From Myxococcota bacterium (GTDB taxonomy: Bacteria; Myxococcota; SpSt-1050): 43,587 nucleotides of DNA. Numbering within the stretch: position 1 is the stretch's first letter; every line of letters begins with the position of its first letter. The notes beneath the pieces were generated by a model that saw only the letters and a program-made list of their open reading frames with translations, was not told the DNA's origin and searched no databases. Made by a program: the position numbers and the translations under genes. The stretch is from assembly GCA_049969675.1 (NCBI GenBank), contig JBMFOP010000009.1, forward strand, positions 1-43,587, given 5' to 3'. Positions 8,964 through 19,054 of the stretch are shown here, piece by piece.

Positions 8964-9888
8964 ATAATCTCATAGCCTCAAAAAGTATTATATCAGGAGA
9001 AATTGTACTTATACAACCAAAACTTTTCATAGCCCTGCATATTGCCGTTCCATACTCCGAACATGGTGCACAGGTGTAATCTGATTTTATCAACGAGATT
9101 CTATCTGAGCGAGGGAGCCAGCGATCGTGAGATGTAGAACTAAAGATGGCAACTGTCGGGACATTGAGGGCAGCGGCAATATGAAGTGGACCGGAATCAG
9201 GGGTAATCAGCACAGAGAGTGTAGCTATTCTATCAATCAGTGCATCTACTGTAGATGAAGTTGTATCTATAATATTTTTAAATCTGCAGGAGATTTCACG
9301 AGCCAGTTCACTGCTCAATTCAGTACCAATAAGTAGAATCTTAAATCCCTTTTGAGAAAGCTCAGAGACAATACTATAAATCTGTCTTCGCGTAAGTCTC
9401 TTTGATATATGCCCACCTTCAATATTAATTCCTATTATATCCCATCTCCTTCTCCGCTCATAGAATAAAAAATATCTCTTCTCTCGCATCTCAATCCCAC
9501 AATTGTTGAGATAATTAGAATATAGTTCAAGAATGTTTGCCTCCTGATTTGCTATATTGCCATAGGAAGATTTATTAAATATATGGACTTCTCCTCTGGA
9601 CTTTCTTAAGGCGATTATCCGCGAGAAGAGCTTATTCTGCAGGTCAAAGAGAATATCATATTGTCGCAGTTCTTTTTCCAGACGGATAGACTCATATAAT
9701 CTCAATTCATTTCTATTTAATGTAATTACTCTGTTTACAAAGGGGTTTCTGTTCAAAACCGGACTATATCTTATATCAGTGAGAAAATCTATCTCTGCAT
9801 CAGGATATCTATCACGAATAGCCTTTAATACAGCAGTTGATATTACCACATCGCCAAGAGAACTATATCTAATAATCAGAATATTCAT
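8938..9888 (-). CDS. Glycosyltransferase family 9 (heptosyltransferase-like)
   Basis: ILIIRYSSLGDVV, DLQ, DSGPLHIAAALNVPTVAIF, CAPC...C...C. Confidence 0.9.
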   Translation of the reverse strand: MNILIIRYSSLGDVVISTAVLKAIRDRYPDAEIDFLTDIRYSPVLNRNPFVNRVITLNRNELRLYESIRLEKELRQYDILFDLQNKLFSRIIALRKSRGEVHIFNKSSYGNIANQEANILELYSNYLNNCGIEMREKRYFLFYERRRRWDIIGINIEGGHISKRLTRRQIYSIVSELSQKGFKILLIGTELSSELAREISCRFKNIIDTTSSTVDALIDRIATLSVLITPDSGPLHIAAALNVPTVAIFSSTSHDRWLPRSDRISLIKSDYTCAPCSEYGTAICRAMKSFGCISTISPDIILFEAMRLYESYKEED

Positions 9889-9894
9889 AATACC

Positions 9895-11148
9895 TCAGAG
9901 CCGAAATCGGGATAAAAATAGCTCCTCAATATTTACAAAATCACCTCTCATCTTTTCTGTCTTTTCAGATATCATCTGAGAAAGGTGTCTCCTCTTCTCT
10001 TCATCATTTAATAGTTCTACTATACTATTATATAGCTCGTTCTCATCATTGACCATAATAAGTCCAAATCCGAGAAGCGACCTAACTATCTCCTCAAAAT
10101 TCCTGACATATCTCCCTGTGATGACCGGAACCCCCCATACGGCTGGTTCCAATACATTGTGTCCACCTCTATCTGCAAGTGAACCGCCTACAAATGCCAG
10201 CCTTGCAAATGGATATATATAAAAAAGGTCGCCTATTGTATTAAGAACAATGATATCTGCATCCCTCGTTCTCTCAGTAAATTTACATACTCTCTGAGCG
10301 AGATTTAAGGCATTAAACCTCTTTATTATCTGCTCCACCCTCTCTATATGACGTGGTGCAAATATAATCCTGACTGATTCATCAACTTTTACAAGTCTAT
10401 AAATTACACGGATAATCTCCTCCTCCTCCTCATAGTGAACAGAACCGAAGACAATCATCCTTGAGATGTTGCCAAATCTCTTCTGAATCTCATCAGGTAT
10501 TCCTTTATCTTTCATATCAAATACATTCTTATATTTTGTGTTTGTACTGATGAGCAGGTGACTCTCATCAACTCCCAGATATCTTGCCATCTCGTATGAC
10601 TCAGAATTTCTTAGGATCATCAATTCATATTTTAAGAATGGATTGGAACTTATCATTGCAAGAAATTTATAATAAAGTACCTTCTCTCTCTTAATATTCC
10701 CATTTATCAAGACTATCCTTGCCCCAAATCTATATGACCTGTCAATAAGCACAGGCCAGAATTCAGAGGACTCCACAAGCAGCACTTTTGGTCTATATTT
10801 TTTTAAGAAATTGTTTACTGATATAAAGATGTCAAAAGGGAGATAACTAAATATCACATCAGAAGGCAGGTATCTTAAGACAATATCCCTCCCACTCTCT
10901 GTATTTGAAGTAATAAGGATATTATATCTATCTCTGTATTTGCTGTAGAATAGGTCTATAATCGGCTTGATTGAAAGTATATCACCAGCAGAAGCCCCGT
11001 GAAACCAGATTGATTCTCTCTCTGCTTCATCAAGGCGGTTGAAAAATAATCTCTTAAAGACAGTACTTCTGACCCTTGAAAAGAGGAAGAGAAATGGGAA
11101 GAAGAGAATAAAGAGAATCAGGAATACAATTTCATATACCCTAATCAT
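9895..11148 (-). CDS. waaA: Kdo transferase
   Basis: IWFHGASAGD, APRHIER, NTIGDL...Y, FVGGSL...GGHNVLEPA. Confidence 0.93.
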   Translation of the reverse strand: MIRVYEIVFLILFILFFPFLFLFSRVRSTVFKRLFFNRLDEAERESIWFHGASAGDILSIKPIIDLFYSKYRDRYNILITSNTESGRDIVLRYLPSDVIFSYLPFDIFISVNNFLKKYRPKVLLVESSEFWPVLIDRSYRFGARIVLINGNIKREKVLYYKFLAMISSNPFLKYELMILRNSESYEMARYLGVDESHLLISTNTKYKNVFDMKDKGIPDEIQKRFGNISRMIVFGSVHYEEEEEIIRVIYRLVKVDESVRIIFAPRHIERVEQIIKRFNALNLAQRVCKFTERTRDADIIVLNTIGDLFYIYPFARLAFVGGSLADRGGHNVLEPAVWGVPVITGRYVRNFEEIVRSLLGFGLIMVNDENELYNSIVELLNDEEKRRHLSQMISEKTEKMRGDFVNIEELFLSRFRL

Positions 11149-11152
11149 TCTT

Positions 11153-12259
11153 TTATAATGTCCTCATACCATTCAGAATTGAGTAGATATCATCAACGGA
11201 TTTAATATAACCTGTCATCTCGGGGACTGCAAATATATCTGTATTCTCTCTATAACGAGAGGCAAATTCCTCTATCTTCTTGAAAACCTCAGACCTTGTC
11301 AATATATGACTCTTTAGATACTTTTGAACAATTCTTTTAAGCCTTTCATCCTGTATACCCTCTATCTGTCCCTGAATGAATTGTTCTGATATATCCTCTA
11401 TCTTACAAAGTTGTCTACCACCACAGGCAGAGCAGAGACGGTTTATCAGTATACCATCCAGTTGATAATTTAAATTCGCAAGATACTCTGAGAGGATATC
11501 TGTATTGTGGAATGAGACATCATTTGGCAGCGTGACAATAAAGAATCCACACCTCTTTGAGGCATAAAATCTCTTGATAAATGAAGCCCTCTGCCTGAAT
11601 CCCTGTAGCAGAGGAGACAGGAGATTTACAAATTTTATTAATTCCGAAAGCATCTCCATACCGGTAAATCTGGCAATATTTTTAAGAATAAATATCTCCT
11701 TTTTCATTATGTAGTTTATTGGTGAGCTTCCAATATCTATATATTGAATGAGTGAAAGAATAAAATCATTTGAGAGGAGGTCAATAACCCTGTTTGATGC
11801 CTCAAGATATGAGATGGCATATATGGAGGGAGGCGAATCTACAACAATCATATCATAGTCCTGAACATTCATCATATGATATATCATCTCTGAGGCGATA
11901 TATTCATCAAACCCCGGAAAATAATCTTTAAGATAATTATTGAATCTGTTGTTTATAATCTTCCTGTATGTCTTCTCTGAGGCATATCTCCTGAGCAACA
12001 TATCCCACGATTTTGCCACATCTATCATCATTGCAAATATTCCAAACTCCTTTACATAACTGATATCCTGGTTGGGATTTATCCTCAATGTGTCCATCAA
12101 TCTCTTTGAAGGGTCTATGGTTATAACAAGGGTCTTCTTCCCCAATCTGGATGCAGCAATCCCGAGCACAACTGAGAGTGTGGTCTTCCCCACCCCTCCA
12201 GAGCCGAGTGTCTGCATAAGTGTCCTGTTTGCTACAATCTCTTTAAGCTTGCTATTCAA
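11153..12259 (-). CDS. ArsA/Get3-family ATPase (second of a tandem pair)
   Basis: GSGGVGKTT, ITIDPSKRL, VVDSPP. Start placed at the TTG at 12259 after GGAGAG, overlapping the upstream stop. Confidence 0.85.
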   Translation of the reverse strand: MNSKLKEIVANRTLMQTLGSGGVGKTTLSVVLGIAASRLGKKTLVITIDPSKRLMDTLRINPNQDISYVKEFGIFAMMIDVAKSWDMLLRRYASEKTYRKIINNRFNNYLKDYFPGFDEYIASEMIYHMMNVQDYDMIVVDSPPSIYAISYLEASNRVIDLLSNDFILSLIQYIDIGSSPINYIMKKEIFILKNIARFTGMEMLSELIKFVNLLSPLLQGFRQRASFIKRFYASKRCGFFIVTLPNDVSFHNTDILSEYLANLNYQLDGILINRLCSACGGRQLCKIEDISEQFIQGQIEGIQDERLKRIVQKYLKSHILTRSEVFKKIEEFASRYRENTDIFAVPEMTGYIKSVDDIYSILNGMRTL

Positions 12260-13199
12260 TGGCTCTCTCCAGATGAGCAGCAATATCTTTGATGAGGGAG
12301 ACCGTATTAAAATTATTCTCCAGAGTCGGAATAGCAATAACCCTTCTATCACTCTCAGGTATATTCTTCAAAAGTCTTTTAAACTCCTCATCCTTATATC
12401 TATTCTCTAAAATCTTCTTATTAATACAATCTCTGAACATATCAGGGATAAAAGAGAGATTCTGGCTCATATAATCAAGCTCTTCGTTCACAATTTGCTC
12501 ATATTGATTTACAAAGAATATCCCAAACTTAATGGATAGTCTTCTGTGTATTGTATTGTATATCTCCAATGCCTCATTTACCGGAGTCTCCTCACAGGTA
12601 GTTACAATATGAACAGAGGTCATATCTCTATCTGTCAACATCTTTTCAATATCAATTGCCCTATCACGAAGTGGACCTGACGGTGCCGCATCATTTATTA
12701 TATGTGGGAGATTAAGCATTGAAATCGCCATACCTGTAGAAGGTGCATCAACCACTATGTAATCGTAAATATAATTGCCAGTTTTATCTTTTGATGTGCA
12801 ATAGTACCAGAGTTTTCCAATGAGCAACAAGAAAGAGAGAGAAGGCATCGCCTTTATTGAACTCCTGACCATCTTATCTTCAAACACGAGTTTATAAACG
12901 CTCTTTAATTTTAATATCATCAGTCCATACTCTTCAAGAGCGGATTTCGGTTCTATATAAATATAATCTATTGCCGGGAGGTTATCTCTAATTCTGATAA
13001 AAAACTCTGAGCCCTTATCCTGTTCCATCTCAATCGGGCTCATCTGGGCAAACAGGACCCTCTTTCTGGTCTTTTTGAGATATAGTGCCAGTGCAATTGA
13101 GATAACAGATTTGCCCACTCCACCCTTACCGGTAATCAAATGCAGTCTTGGACCATAAATAAAATCTTTAATAAATCCCGATGTTGCTCTTGTTTCCAT
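12252..13199 (-). CDS. ArsA/Get3-family ATPase (first of a tandem pair)
   Basis: TGKGGVGKS, VVDAPSTG, EETPVNE. Confidence 0.85.
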   Translation of the reverse strand: METRATSGFIKDFIYGPRLHLITGKGGVGKSVISIALALYLKKTRKRVLFAQMSPIEMEQDKGSEFFIRIRDNLPAIDYIYIEPKSALEEYGLMILKLKSVYKLVFEDKMVRSSIKAMPSLSFLLLIGKLWYYCTSKDKTGNYIYDYIVVDAPSTGMAISMLNLPHIINDAAPSGPLRDRAIDIEKMLTDRDMTSVHIVTTCEETPVNEALEIYNTIHRRLSIKFGIFFVNQYEQIVNEELDYMSQNLSFIPDMFRDCINKKILENRYKDEEFKRLLKNIPESDRRVIAIPTLENNFNTVSLIKDIAAHLERAIE

Positions 13200-13201
13200 C
13201 C

Positions 13202-13738
13202 CTATTCTTTCAATAGTGCCTTTATTGCTATTAGTATCAATATCGCCGCACCAAAGAATTGTGCAAATCTACCTATAAATCTATGCAGTAGTTCACCAAG
13301 TACAAAACCTCCTACTGTCATTATAAAACAGACACCTCCTACAATAATAGAAGTCAACAGAATCGCCTCATTGAATACAGTGAATGCAAGCCCAACAAGT
13401 AATGCATCAATGCTTGTAGCAAATGCCAGATAGATAATTCTTATTCTATCAGTCTCAAAGCAGACCTCCTCACCTCTTATACCCTCAATTATCATCTTAA
13501 CTGAAATTGCTACCAGAAGAGATGCGGCAAAGACCTTTGTATAGCCGTAGATTAGATTTACTATTATTCCTCCCATAAGATTGCCGATTAAGATCATCAC
13601 CATCTGAAAGAGTCCAAAGTAGAGCCCGAGTTCCAGCATCAGTCTCCTGTTCTTCGGTGAAGAGAGTCCATAACAGGATGAGACAGCCAGACAGTCCATG
13701 GATAACGCTACACCGGTTGAGATGGCAAGTAGAATCAT
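13202..13738 (-). CDS. mntP: Manganese efflux pump MntP family
   Basis: ALSMD, FQ..M and ATSIDAL.VG repeats; the ATG overlaps the upstream TAA. Confidence 0.85.
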   Translation of the reverse strand: MILLAISTGVALSMDCLAVSSCYGLSSPKNRRLMLELGLYFGLFQMVMILIGNLMGGIIVNLIYGYTKVFAASLLVAISVKMIIEGIRGEEVCFETDRIRIIYLAFATSIDALLVGLAFTVFNEAILLTSIIVGGVCFIMTVGGFVLGELLHRFIGRFAQFFGAAILILIAIKALLKE

Positions 13739-15159
13739 TACTTTTCTTCCCAATCAAGAAGTCTCTTCTCTTTTTCAAGTCTCTTTATCTCCGTAATGTC
13801 CTGAGAGACTTCAAGTGTCCCCAGATATCTGCCATCCACATCACGAACTGCAAAATACCTTATATGAATATCCCTGCCATTGAGTTTAATATAGAATTCC
13901 GCTACATCCTTTTTATTTTCTTTAAATGCCCTCAGAATCTTTTCAACGATATGAACTGACTTCGGGGGATGACATTTCTGGACCTTTCTCCCAATGACCC
14001 CCGGGCTCCTCGGAAATATCCTATCTTTCGTATCAGAATAGTATTTAACCTCGTCATTTTCGTCTACAAATGAAATGTCCACAGGAAGTGTCTTTAATAT
14101 ACAATCTATCTGTTTAGAATTCAGTCTGCCTGTTGAGAGATTTAAGAGTCCATCCACATCAACTATCTCCTTTTTAGATTTGATATCAATTAAATCTTCA
14201 ACATTAATAAAAGAGAATCCTATCTCCTTCTCCCCTCTCTTGATCTCCTCCCATTCGGAATCAGATAATAGTCTTAAAGAAGTTGGATACAGGATATTCT
14301 CCTCTTTGTATATCATCTCGGTGATTGCAAGGAGAAGCGAGGGGACCTCTTTCTCAATATAAGATGTATCGGTGGATTCAATTGCCTTTATCAGGTCTTT
14401 GATCTTTTTCCTGATTTCGTCGTGTATCCCCCACATAACCTGTGATGGACCTGTAAAATTATGTCTCTCAAGATAAGGGAATAGTTGATTCTCCTTTCTC
14501 AGATAGTGATAATTGATATCCTGTAGTTCAGATATCTGTTCTTTAAGTCTATTCAGAAGCCCCGAATCTTTACTATCAAGAAATTTTGTAAATATATCCT
14601 GTATCTTTGAAACCCTCTCAGATATCGCTTTATTTTCAAGTAAATATAGATACAATGGGTGGTTCTGAGGGACTTCAATTGGTGATTTCTTATCCAGCAG
14701 GTCTTTAAATACATTTACATGAATATCGCACAACCTTTGAATCTCGCTCACCGGCATACCTTCTGCAATTAATCTCTCCTCCATTGCTGCAATCTCAGAG
14801 GCATCAAGGTCTTTTATAAGTTCATTAAATTTCTTCTTCACCTCTTGAACTGGCACACCATTGTGAAGTTCTCTAATGATCTCCTTCAATCTCTCCTGCT
14901 TCTCGCCCTGAATAATCTTATCTCCACCTTCAATCCCTTTATGCCTATCTATCTCAGCTTTAATATCCTCAATCAATTTCTTTACATCTACACCGGCAAT
15001 ACCAGCAGCCATCTGCAATGTCGCCACTCTACCGATAGTATTTCTCGTAATAGGATTTTTAAGCGCTGAAAACTTTGAATTATAAGATACCAGAAAATCC
15101 ATTAAAAATGGATATTGCTCAATTAATCCCAGAACTTTTGAATTTTCATTTATCTCCAT
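13738..15159 (-). CDS. DUF438 family protein (DUF1858 + hemerythrin-like + PAS)
   Basis: LCDIH, HP....EN, HYLRKENQLFP, QVMWGIHDE, KEENILYP; C-terminal PAS with CHPPKS. Confidence 0.85.
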   Translation of the reverse strand: MEINENSKVLGLIEQYPFLMDFLVSYNSKFSALKNPITRNTIGRVATLQMAAGIAGVDVKKLIEDIKAEIDRHKGIEGGDKIIQGEKQERLKEIIRELHNGVPVQEVKKKFNELIKDLDASEIAAMEERLIAEGMPVSEIQRLCDIHVNVFKDLLDKKSPIEVPQNHPLYLYLLENKAISERVSKIQDIFTKFLDSKDSGLLNRLKEQISELQDINYHYLRKENQLFPYLERHNFTGPSQVMWGIHDEIRKKIKDLIKAIESTDTSYIEKEVPSLLLAITEMIYKEENILYPTSLRLLSDSEWEEIKRGEKEIGFSFINVEDLIDIKSKKEIVDVDGLLNLSTGRLNSKQIDCILKTLPVDISFVDENDEVKYYSDTKDRIFPRSPGVIGRKVQKCHPPKSVHIVEKILRAFKENKKDVAEFYIKLNGRDIHIRYFAVRDVDGRYLGTLEVSQDITEIKRLEKEKRLLDWEEK

Positions 15160-15171
15160 AGATACCGCCTA

Positions 15172-16035
15172 TTATGATGTCTCTTTTCTGCCTCTCATAT
15201 TCTTTATAATTTCCAGAGATATGAGATAAAGAGTGGTTATATAAAAGACCCATAAGATTAAGACAACCAGCGCCGAGATACCGCCGTAGAAGAGGGTCAT
15301 TTTTGTAATATTTTTGAGGTAATACCCATAAAATATCTTTGCAAGCATAAAGAAAAATGTAAAGAAGACTCCGGCCTTTGAGATATTTTCCACTCCCACC
15401 TTTACTGGAACTAAAAGGTATGTAATCACAACATAGGAAAAGAAGATAAGGACCACCGGTATTACAGTGCTAAATAAAATATTCCCTTTATAAAGTGTCA
15501 CAAACTTATATATATCAGGGAAGTTGTGCACTAGTAAATTTGAGACGAAGGATGTAATCGCAAGAAAGAGGGCAAGTAGAATGCCCGCTCCTATGAATAT
15601 CGCTATTGTCAGAATCTTTGCCAGAACAAAATGCGCCTTCTGCATATTAAAGATAGTCCTTGCCGCCTGAATAAGAGACTCAGCAACAGCGGTTGAGGAG
15701 AGCATAAGTGTTATTATCCCTGCAATGCCTACACTCTTTGAACTCTTGATAATCTTCGTCAACTCAATTATGATACTATCAGGCATAAAAGGCAGGACCT
15801 CTTTAATGTATTTAAATAATTGCGAAGAGATATCCGAAATATTAATCCCTTTATACACAAAACCCAGTGTCTGAACCGAGACATATACTATGAGCAATAT
15901 CACAGGGAAGAAGCTTACCAGAAAATAGAAAGAGGTAGCAGCGGCATATATCATACCATTATCTTTTATAAGGTCTATTAACGATTTATATAGTAGTTTT
16001 ATTGCCCCAAAGATTTTACTGATTATTTTCATCAA
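15172..16035 (-). CDS. YihY/BrkB family inner membrane protein
   Basis: AAATSFY.L.S.FP and YG......LILW.Y motifs, multiple TM segments. Confidence 0.85.
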   Translation of the reverse strand: MMKIISKIFGAIKLLYKSLIDLIKDNGMIYAAATSFYFLVSFFPVILLIVYVSVQTLGFVYKGINISDISSQLFKYIKEVLPFMPDSIIIELTKIIKSSKSVGIAGIITLMLSSTAVAESLIQAARTIFNMQKAHFVLAKILTIAIFIGAGILLALFLAITSFVSNLLVHNFPDIYKFVTLYKGNILFSTVIPVVLIFFSYVVITYLLVPVKVGVENISKAGVFFTFFFMLAKIFYGYYLKNITKMTLFYGGISALVVLILWVFYITTLYLISLEIIKNMRGRKETS

Positions 16036-16951
16036 GCTCCCTAAAAAGCCTATGTGCAGTTTGAATATCTCTCTCTATAGCCTCTCTGAGTTCCTCTATG
16101 CTACCAAATCGCAATTCGGGTCTAATAAATCTCAAAAATTCAACTTTGATCTTTTTGCCGTAAAGTTCCCCATTAAAATCAAAGATATGTGTCTCCAGCA
16201 TAGTAACATTCTGATTATGCGATGTCTTTCCGATATTTGAAATAGATTTTAATTTTGAACCCTCAACCTCAGTTATGGTCAGATATACACCCTCCCGCGG
16301 GAGAAGTCTATCTCTTAAAGATATATTCGCAGTAGCCACCCCAATGGTACTTCCAATCATCTTCCCTCTGACTACCTCCTGGCAAATATAATATCGCCTA
16401 CCGAGAAGTTGATTGGCAATCTCAATATTACCCTCCTGCAAAAGATTTCTTATCTTCGTAGAACTTATCCTCATACCATTTAATGTCTGCAAATCCATTA
16501 CTTCAATAAATGTCCCGGTCCTTCTTCCAAACTCTCTGAGATCTTCCTGATTTGCCGATTTATTCCGTGAAAAGCTAAAATCAAAGCCTACAAATATCGC
16601 CCTTGCACCAAGACCCCCTAAGTATTTATATAAGAAATCCTGCGTGGATAGAGACGCAAACCCCTCATCAAATCTCTGTTCAACCAGAATATCAACACCA
16701 AGTTTAGATATCTCCTCAATCTTCTCCTCATAACTCATAATCAGGTGAGGAGATTTGAATCTATCAAAGAGGTGAGCCGTGTGTGGTCTGAATGTAAGTA
16801 TTAGAGATTTCATATGTGAGTTCTTTGCAAAATCCACCATTCTCCTGATCAATCTCTGATGCGCTATGTGGACACCATCAAAATTTCCAATTGCAACTGC
16901 CGTTTCAAATGGCAATTTAAGGTCTTTATCTTCTGATTTAATATATTCCAT
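16016..16951 (-). CDS. ribF: Bifunctional riboflavin kinase/FAD synthetase
   Basis: IGNFDGVH.AHQ, VG.DF.F, ISSTKIR, ETHIFDF, LYG, IRPE.RF. Confidence 0.93.
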   Translation of the reverse strand: MEYIKSEDKDLKLPFETAVAIGNFDGVHIAHQRLIRRMVDFAKNSHMKSLILTFRPHTAHLFDRFKSPHLIMSYEEKIEEISKLGVDILVEQRFDEGFASLSTQDFLYKYLGGLGARAIFVGFDFSFSRNKSANQEDLREFGRRTGTFIEVMDLQTLNGMRISSTKIRNLLQEGNIEIANQLLGRRYYICQEVVRGKMIGSTIGVATANISLRDRLLPREGVYLTITEVEGSKLKSISNIGKTSHNQNVTMLETHIFDFNGELYGKKIKVEFLRFIRPELRFGSIEELREAIERDIQTAHRLFRELDENNQ

Positions 16952-16987
16952 AATCTCTTCATTTCCCTTAAAATCAATAATGTTTTC

Positions 16988-17016
16988 TTGACAACAGGGT
17001 CATATAAGGTTAACTT
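16988..17016 (+). promoter_or_regulatory. Putative sigma70 promoter
   Basis: TTGACA-17 bp-TAACTT upstream of the 17053 CDS. Confidence 0.45.
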
Positions 17017-17052
17017 ATACAACAGGTGAGTATTACATAATTGGAGTCAAAA

Positions 17053-18612
17053 ATGCAAGACGAAAAGAACAATCAGCCAGTAATATTAAATTTAACCCCT
17101 GTCAATGATTCTATCTCTCAATTTATTCAACTTCAAACTGGTATCCTATCTGAACAGGAGATGTTTATCCCATCAGACTCTATCCTGCCAGCAGGAACCC
17201 GTATAAAGGTTGAGTACAGACTCAGGTCGTTTGGACAGAAGGAAAATGTCAAAATAATAGATGCTGTTTGTGAGGTAATCGGTCCTGAAGTAGATTCTGA
17301 AAAGGGGAGAAGAGGTGTAAGAGTAAAATTCCTAAAACTCAGCCCCACATCTCAGATGCTAATTCAAAAACTCCTTGAGAAGATAAAGGCTGCAAAACCC
17401 TCATCAGGAGAGAGGAAGGTAGTTGAACAGAAGAGTGATGCCGCCAGAGAAGAGCCAAAGGTTAAAGTTGAGGAACCAAAAGTTGAGGTCTCAGAACCTA
17501 AGCCCTCTATCTCAGAACCACAGGTTGAGATATCAGAGACAAAGGTTCATATTAAAGAGCCACAGGAAAAAGTTGTTGTTCAGGAACAGGCAATCCCCTC
17601 ATTTAGTGATGTAATGGCAAAACTTGAAAAAGCACAGGAAAAGGAAGAACCAAAATTAGAGATTGAACAGAAGCCATCCTCTCTGGATGAGATTATGTCC
17701 AAAGGGATAGAGAAGCCAGAATCTAAGGAGATTAAAACAACCGACGATAAACAGGCTCAGTATATCTTTGAGTATCTCCCACCGGGTCAGCCATTAGAAG
17801 AAAATACAGGCATTGTAAAATTAAGGGAGATTGTCAGGTCCTCCGATATCTCATCAATGAAAAAGACATCTAAAATATGGATTCCAATTCTAATACTCCT
17901 GATTATCATTGCAGGCATTATAGGGTTCTTCTTTGCATTTCCACAGTATGCACCAAAGATATTTGTAAAGAGCCATGAGGTCTCAAAAGTTATAACAAAG
18001 CAGGATTTGACTCCGGAGGTACAACCTCAACCAACACCACCTCCCGCGCCAAGCCCGGTAGCGCCGCCCAGAGAGGAGAAGGGACCCATTGAAGAGAAGA
18101 GAGAGGTCAAAGAGGCAGAGAAGGAAGAAGAGAAGAAAGAGGAGAAGACCGCAGTTAAAGAGGAGAAGGTTCAGGAGCCAGAGATTCAACCACTTGCAGT
18201 AAAGGAGAAGAATAAGGAAGAGGGGGTAAAGATTATAACGGGCTCAAAGATAAAGAAGGAGAGGGAGAAGGAGAAGAAGATTCAGGAGGAGAAAGAGAAG
18301 AAGGCCGCTCAGGAGAAGGAAGAAAAGATGGCGACGAGAGAGAAGGCAGAGGCAGAAAACAAGAAGGCAAAGAAGGAGGCTCAGGCTGCTGAACCAGGTA
18401 AGATAATTATTCAGATCACTCCAACAGATGCAGACCTGACCGTCTTTATTGATGGGGCTCAGGCAGGGACAATGCCGACCATCACAAGGCAACTTCCTGC
18501 TGGAAGTCATACAATTAAAGTTGTGGCAGATGGATACAGCGATGAGGTGAGGAAGTTTGAGCTCTCAGAAGGAGAGACCAAAACCATAAAGATAAACTTG
18601 AAAGAGAAATAA
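17053..18612 (+). CDS. Membrane protein with N-terminal PilZ-like domain, E/K/P-rich linkers and C-terminal PEGA domain
   Basis: MFIPSD..LP.GT.I.V...GVRVKF..L (PilZ-like); single TM segment; C-terminal P.DA...VFIDG...G..P....L.AG.H.I.V..DGY (PEGA). Confidence 0.7.
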   Translation: MQDEKNNQPVILNLTPVNDSISQFIQLQTGILSEQEMFIPSDSILPAGTRIKVEYRLRSFGQKENVKIIDAVCEVIGPEVDSEKGRRGVRVKFLKLSPTSQMLIQKLLEKIKAAKPSSGERKVVEQKSDAAREEPKVKVEEPKVEVSEPKPSISEPQVEISETKVHIKEPQEKVVVQEQAIPSFSDVMAKLEKAQEKEEPKLEIEQKPSSLDEIMSKGIEKPESKEIKTTDDKQAQYIFEYLPPGQPLEENTGIVKLREIVRSSDISSMKKTSKIWIPILILLIIIAGIIGFFFAFPQYAPKIFVKSHEVSKVITKQDLTPEVQPQPTPPPAPSPVAPPREEKGPIEEKREVKEAEKEEEKKEEKTAVKEEKVQEPEIQPLAVKEKNKEEGVKIITGSKIKKEREKEKKIQEEKEKKAAQEKEEKMATREKAEAENKKAKKEAQAAEPGKIIIQITPTDADLTVFIDGAQAGTMPTITRQLPAGSHTIKVVADGYSDEVRKFELSEGETKTIKINLKEK

Positions 18613-18646
18613 TTTTAATTTATATGTGGACATAAGGAGCAGATAT

Positions 18647-18925
18647 ATGAGTACAACAAAGAGAGTCATTTCAAAGACCGAGATATTAAAGGCACTTAAC
18701 AATAGAGAAGAGTGTGTGTTGAGAATGAGGAATGGGATTCAGGCAGACCTTGAGATGGAACTGGAACTCAAGGCAAAGAATAATCCGCAACTTCAGGCTA
18801 AAATTGCAGAGATAGAGAAAGCCATTTTTGACGATATTCGTGAGATGATAAATGAGTATGAGAATAATCGCATTGAGAACCCTGCCAAGAGTAAAATCAT
18901 AACTTCTCTGAAAAAGAAAAAATAG
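18647..18925 (+). CDS. Small hypothetical protein with a sigma70 region-4.1-like motif
   Basis: RBS AAGGAG; LNNREECVLRMRNGI resembles LTxREExVLRMRFGI; basic C-terminus KSKIITSLKKKK. Confidence 0.7.
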   Translation: MSTTKRVISKTEILKALNNREECVLRMRNGIQADLEMELELKAKNNPQLQAKIAEIEKAIFDDIREMINEYENNRIENPAKSKIITSLKKKK

Positions 18926-19054
18926 ACTGGATAAAGATCTTCCATCCATTTCAAGAATCGTAAATCAGTATCAGACATCCATTGTCGCCATTTTTTTGAC
19001 TATTTTATAGGATGCTATATACTCAATTAAGATCAGGGTCATAAGGAGAAAATA

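Noticed and set aside
12260..12352. Extended start of the second ArsA
   Set aside because: Overlaps the upstream ArsA; the TTG at 12259 has an RBS.
17440..18400. GA-rich quasi-repeats in the PEGA gene
   Set aside because: Explained by E/K/P-rich low-complexity linkers; not a DNA repeat element.
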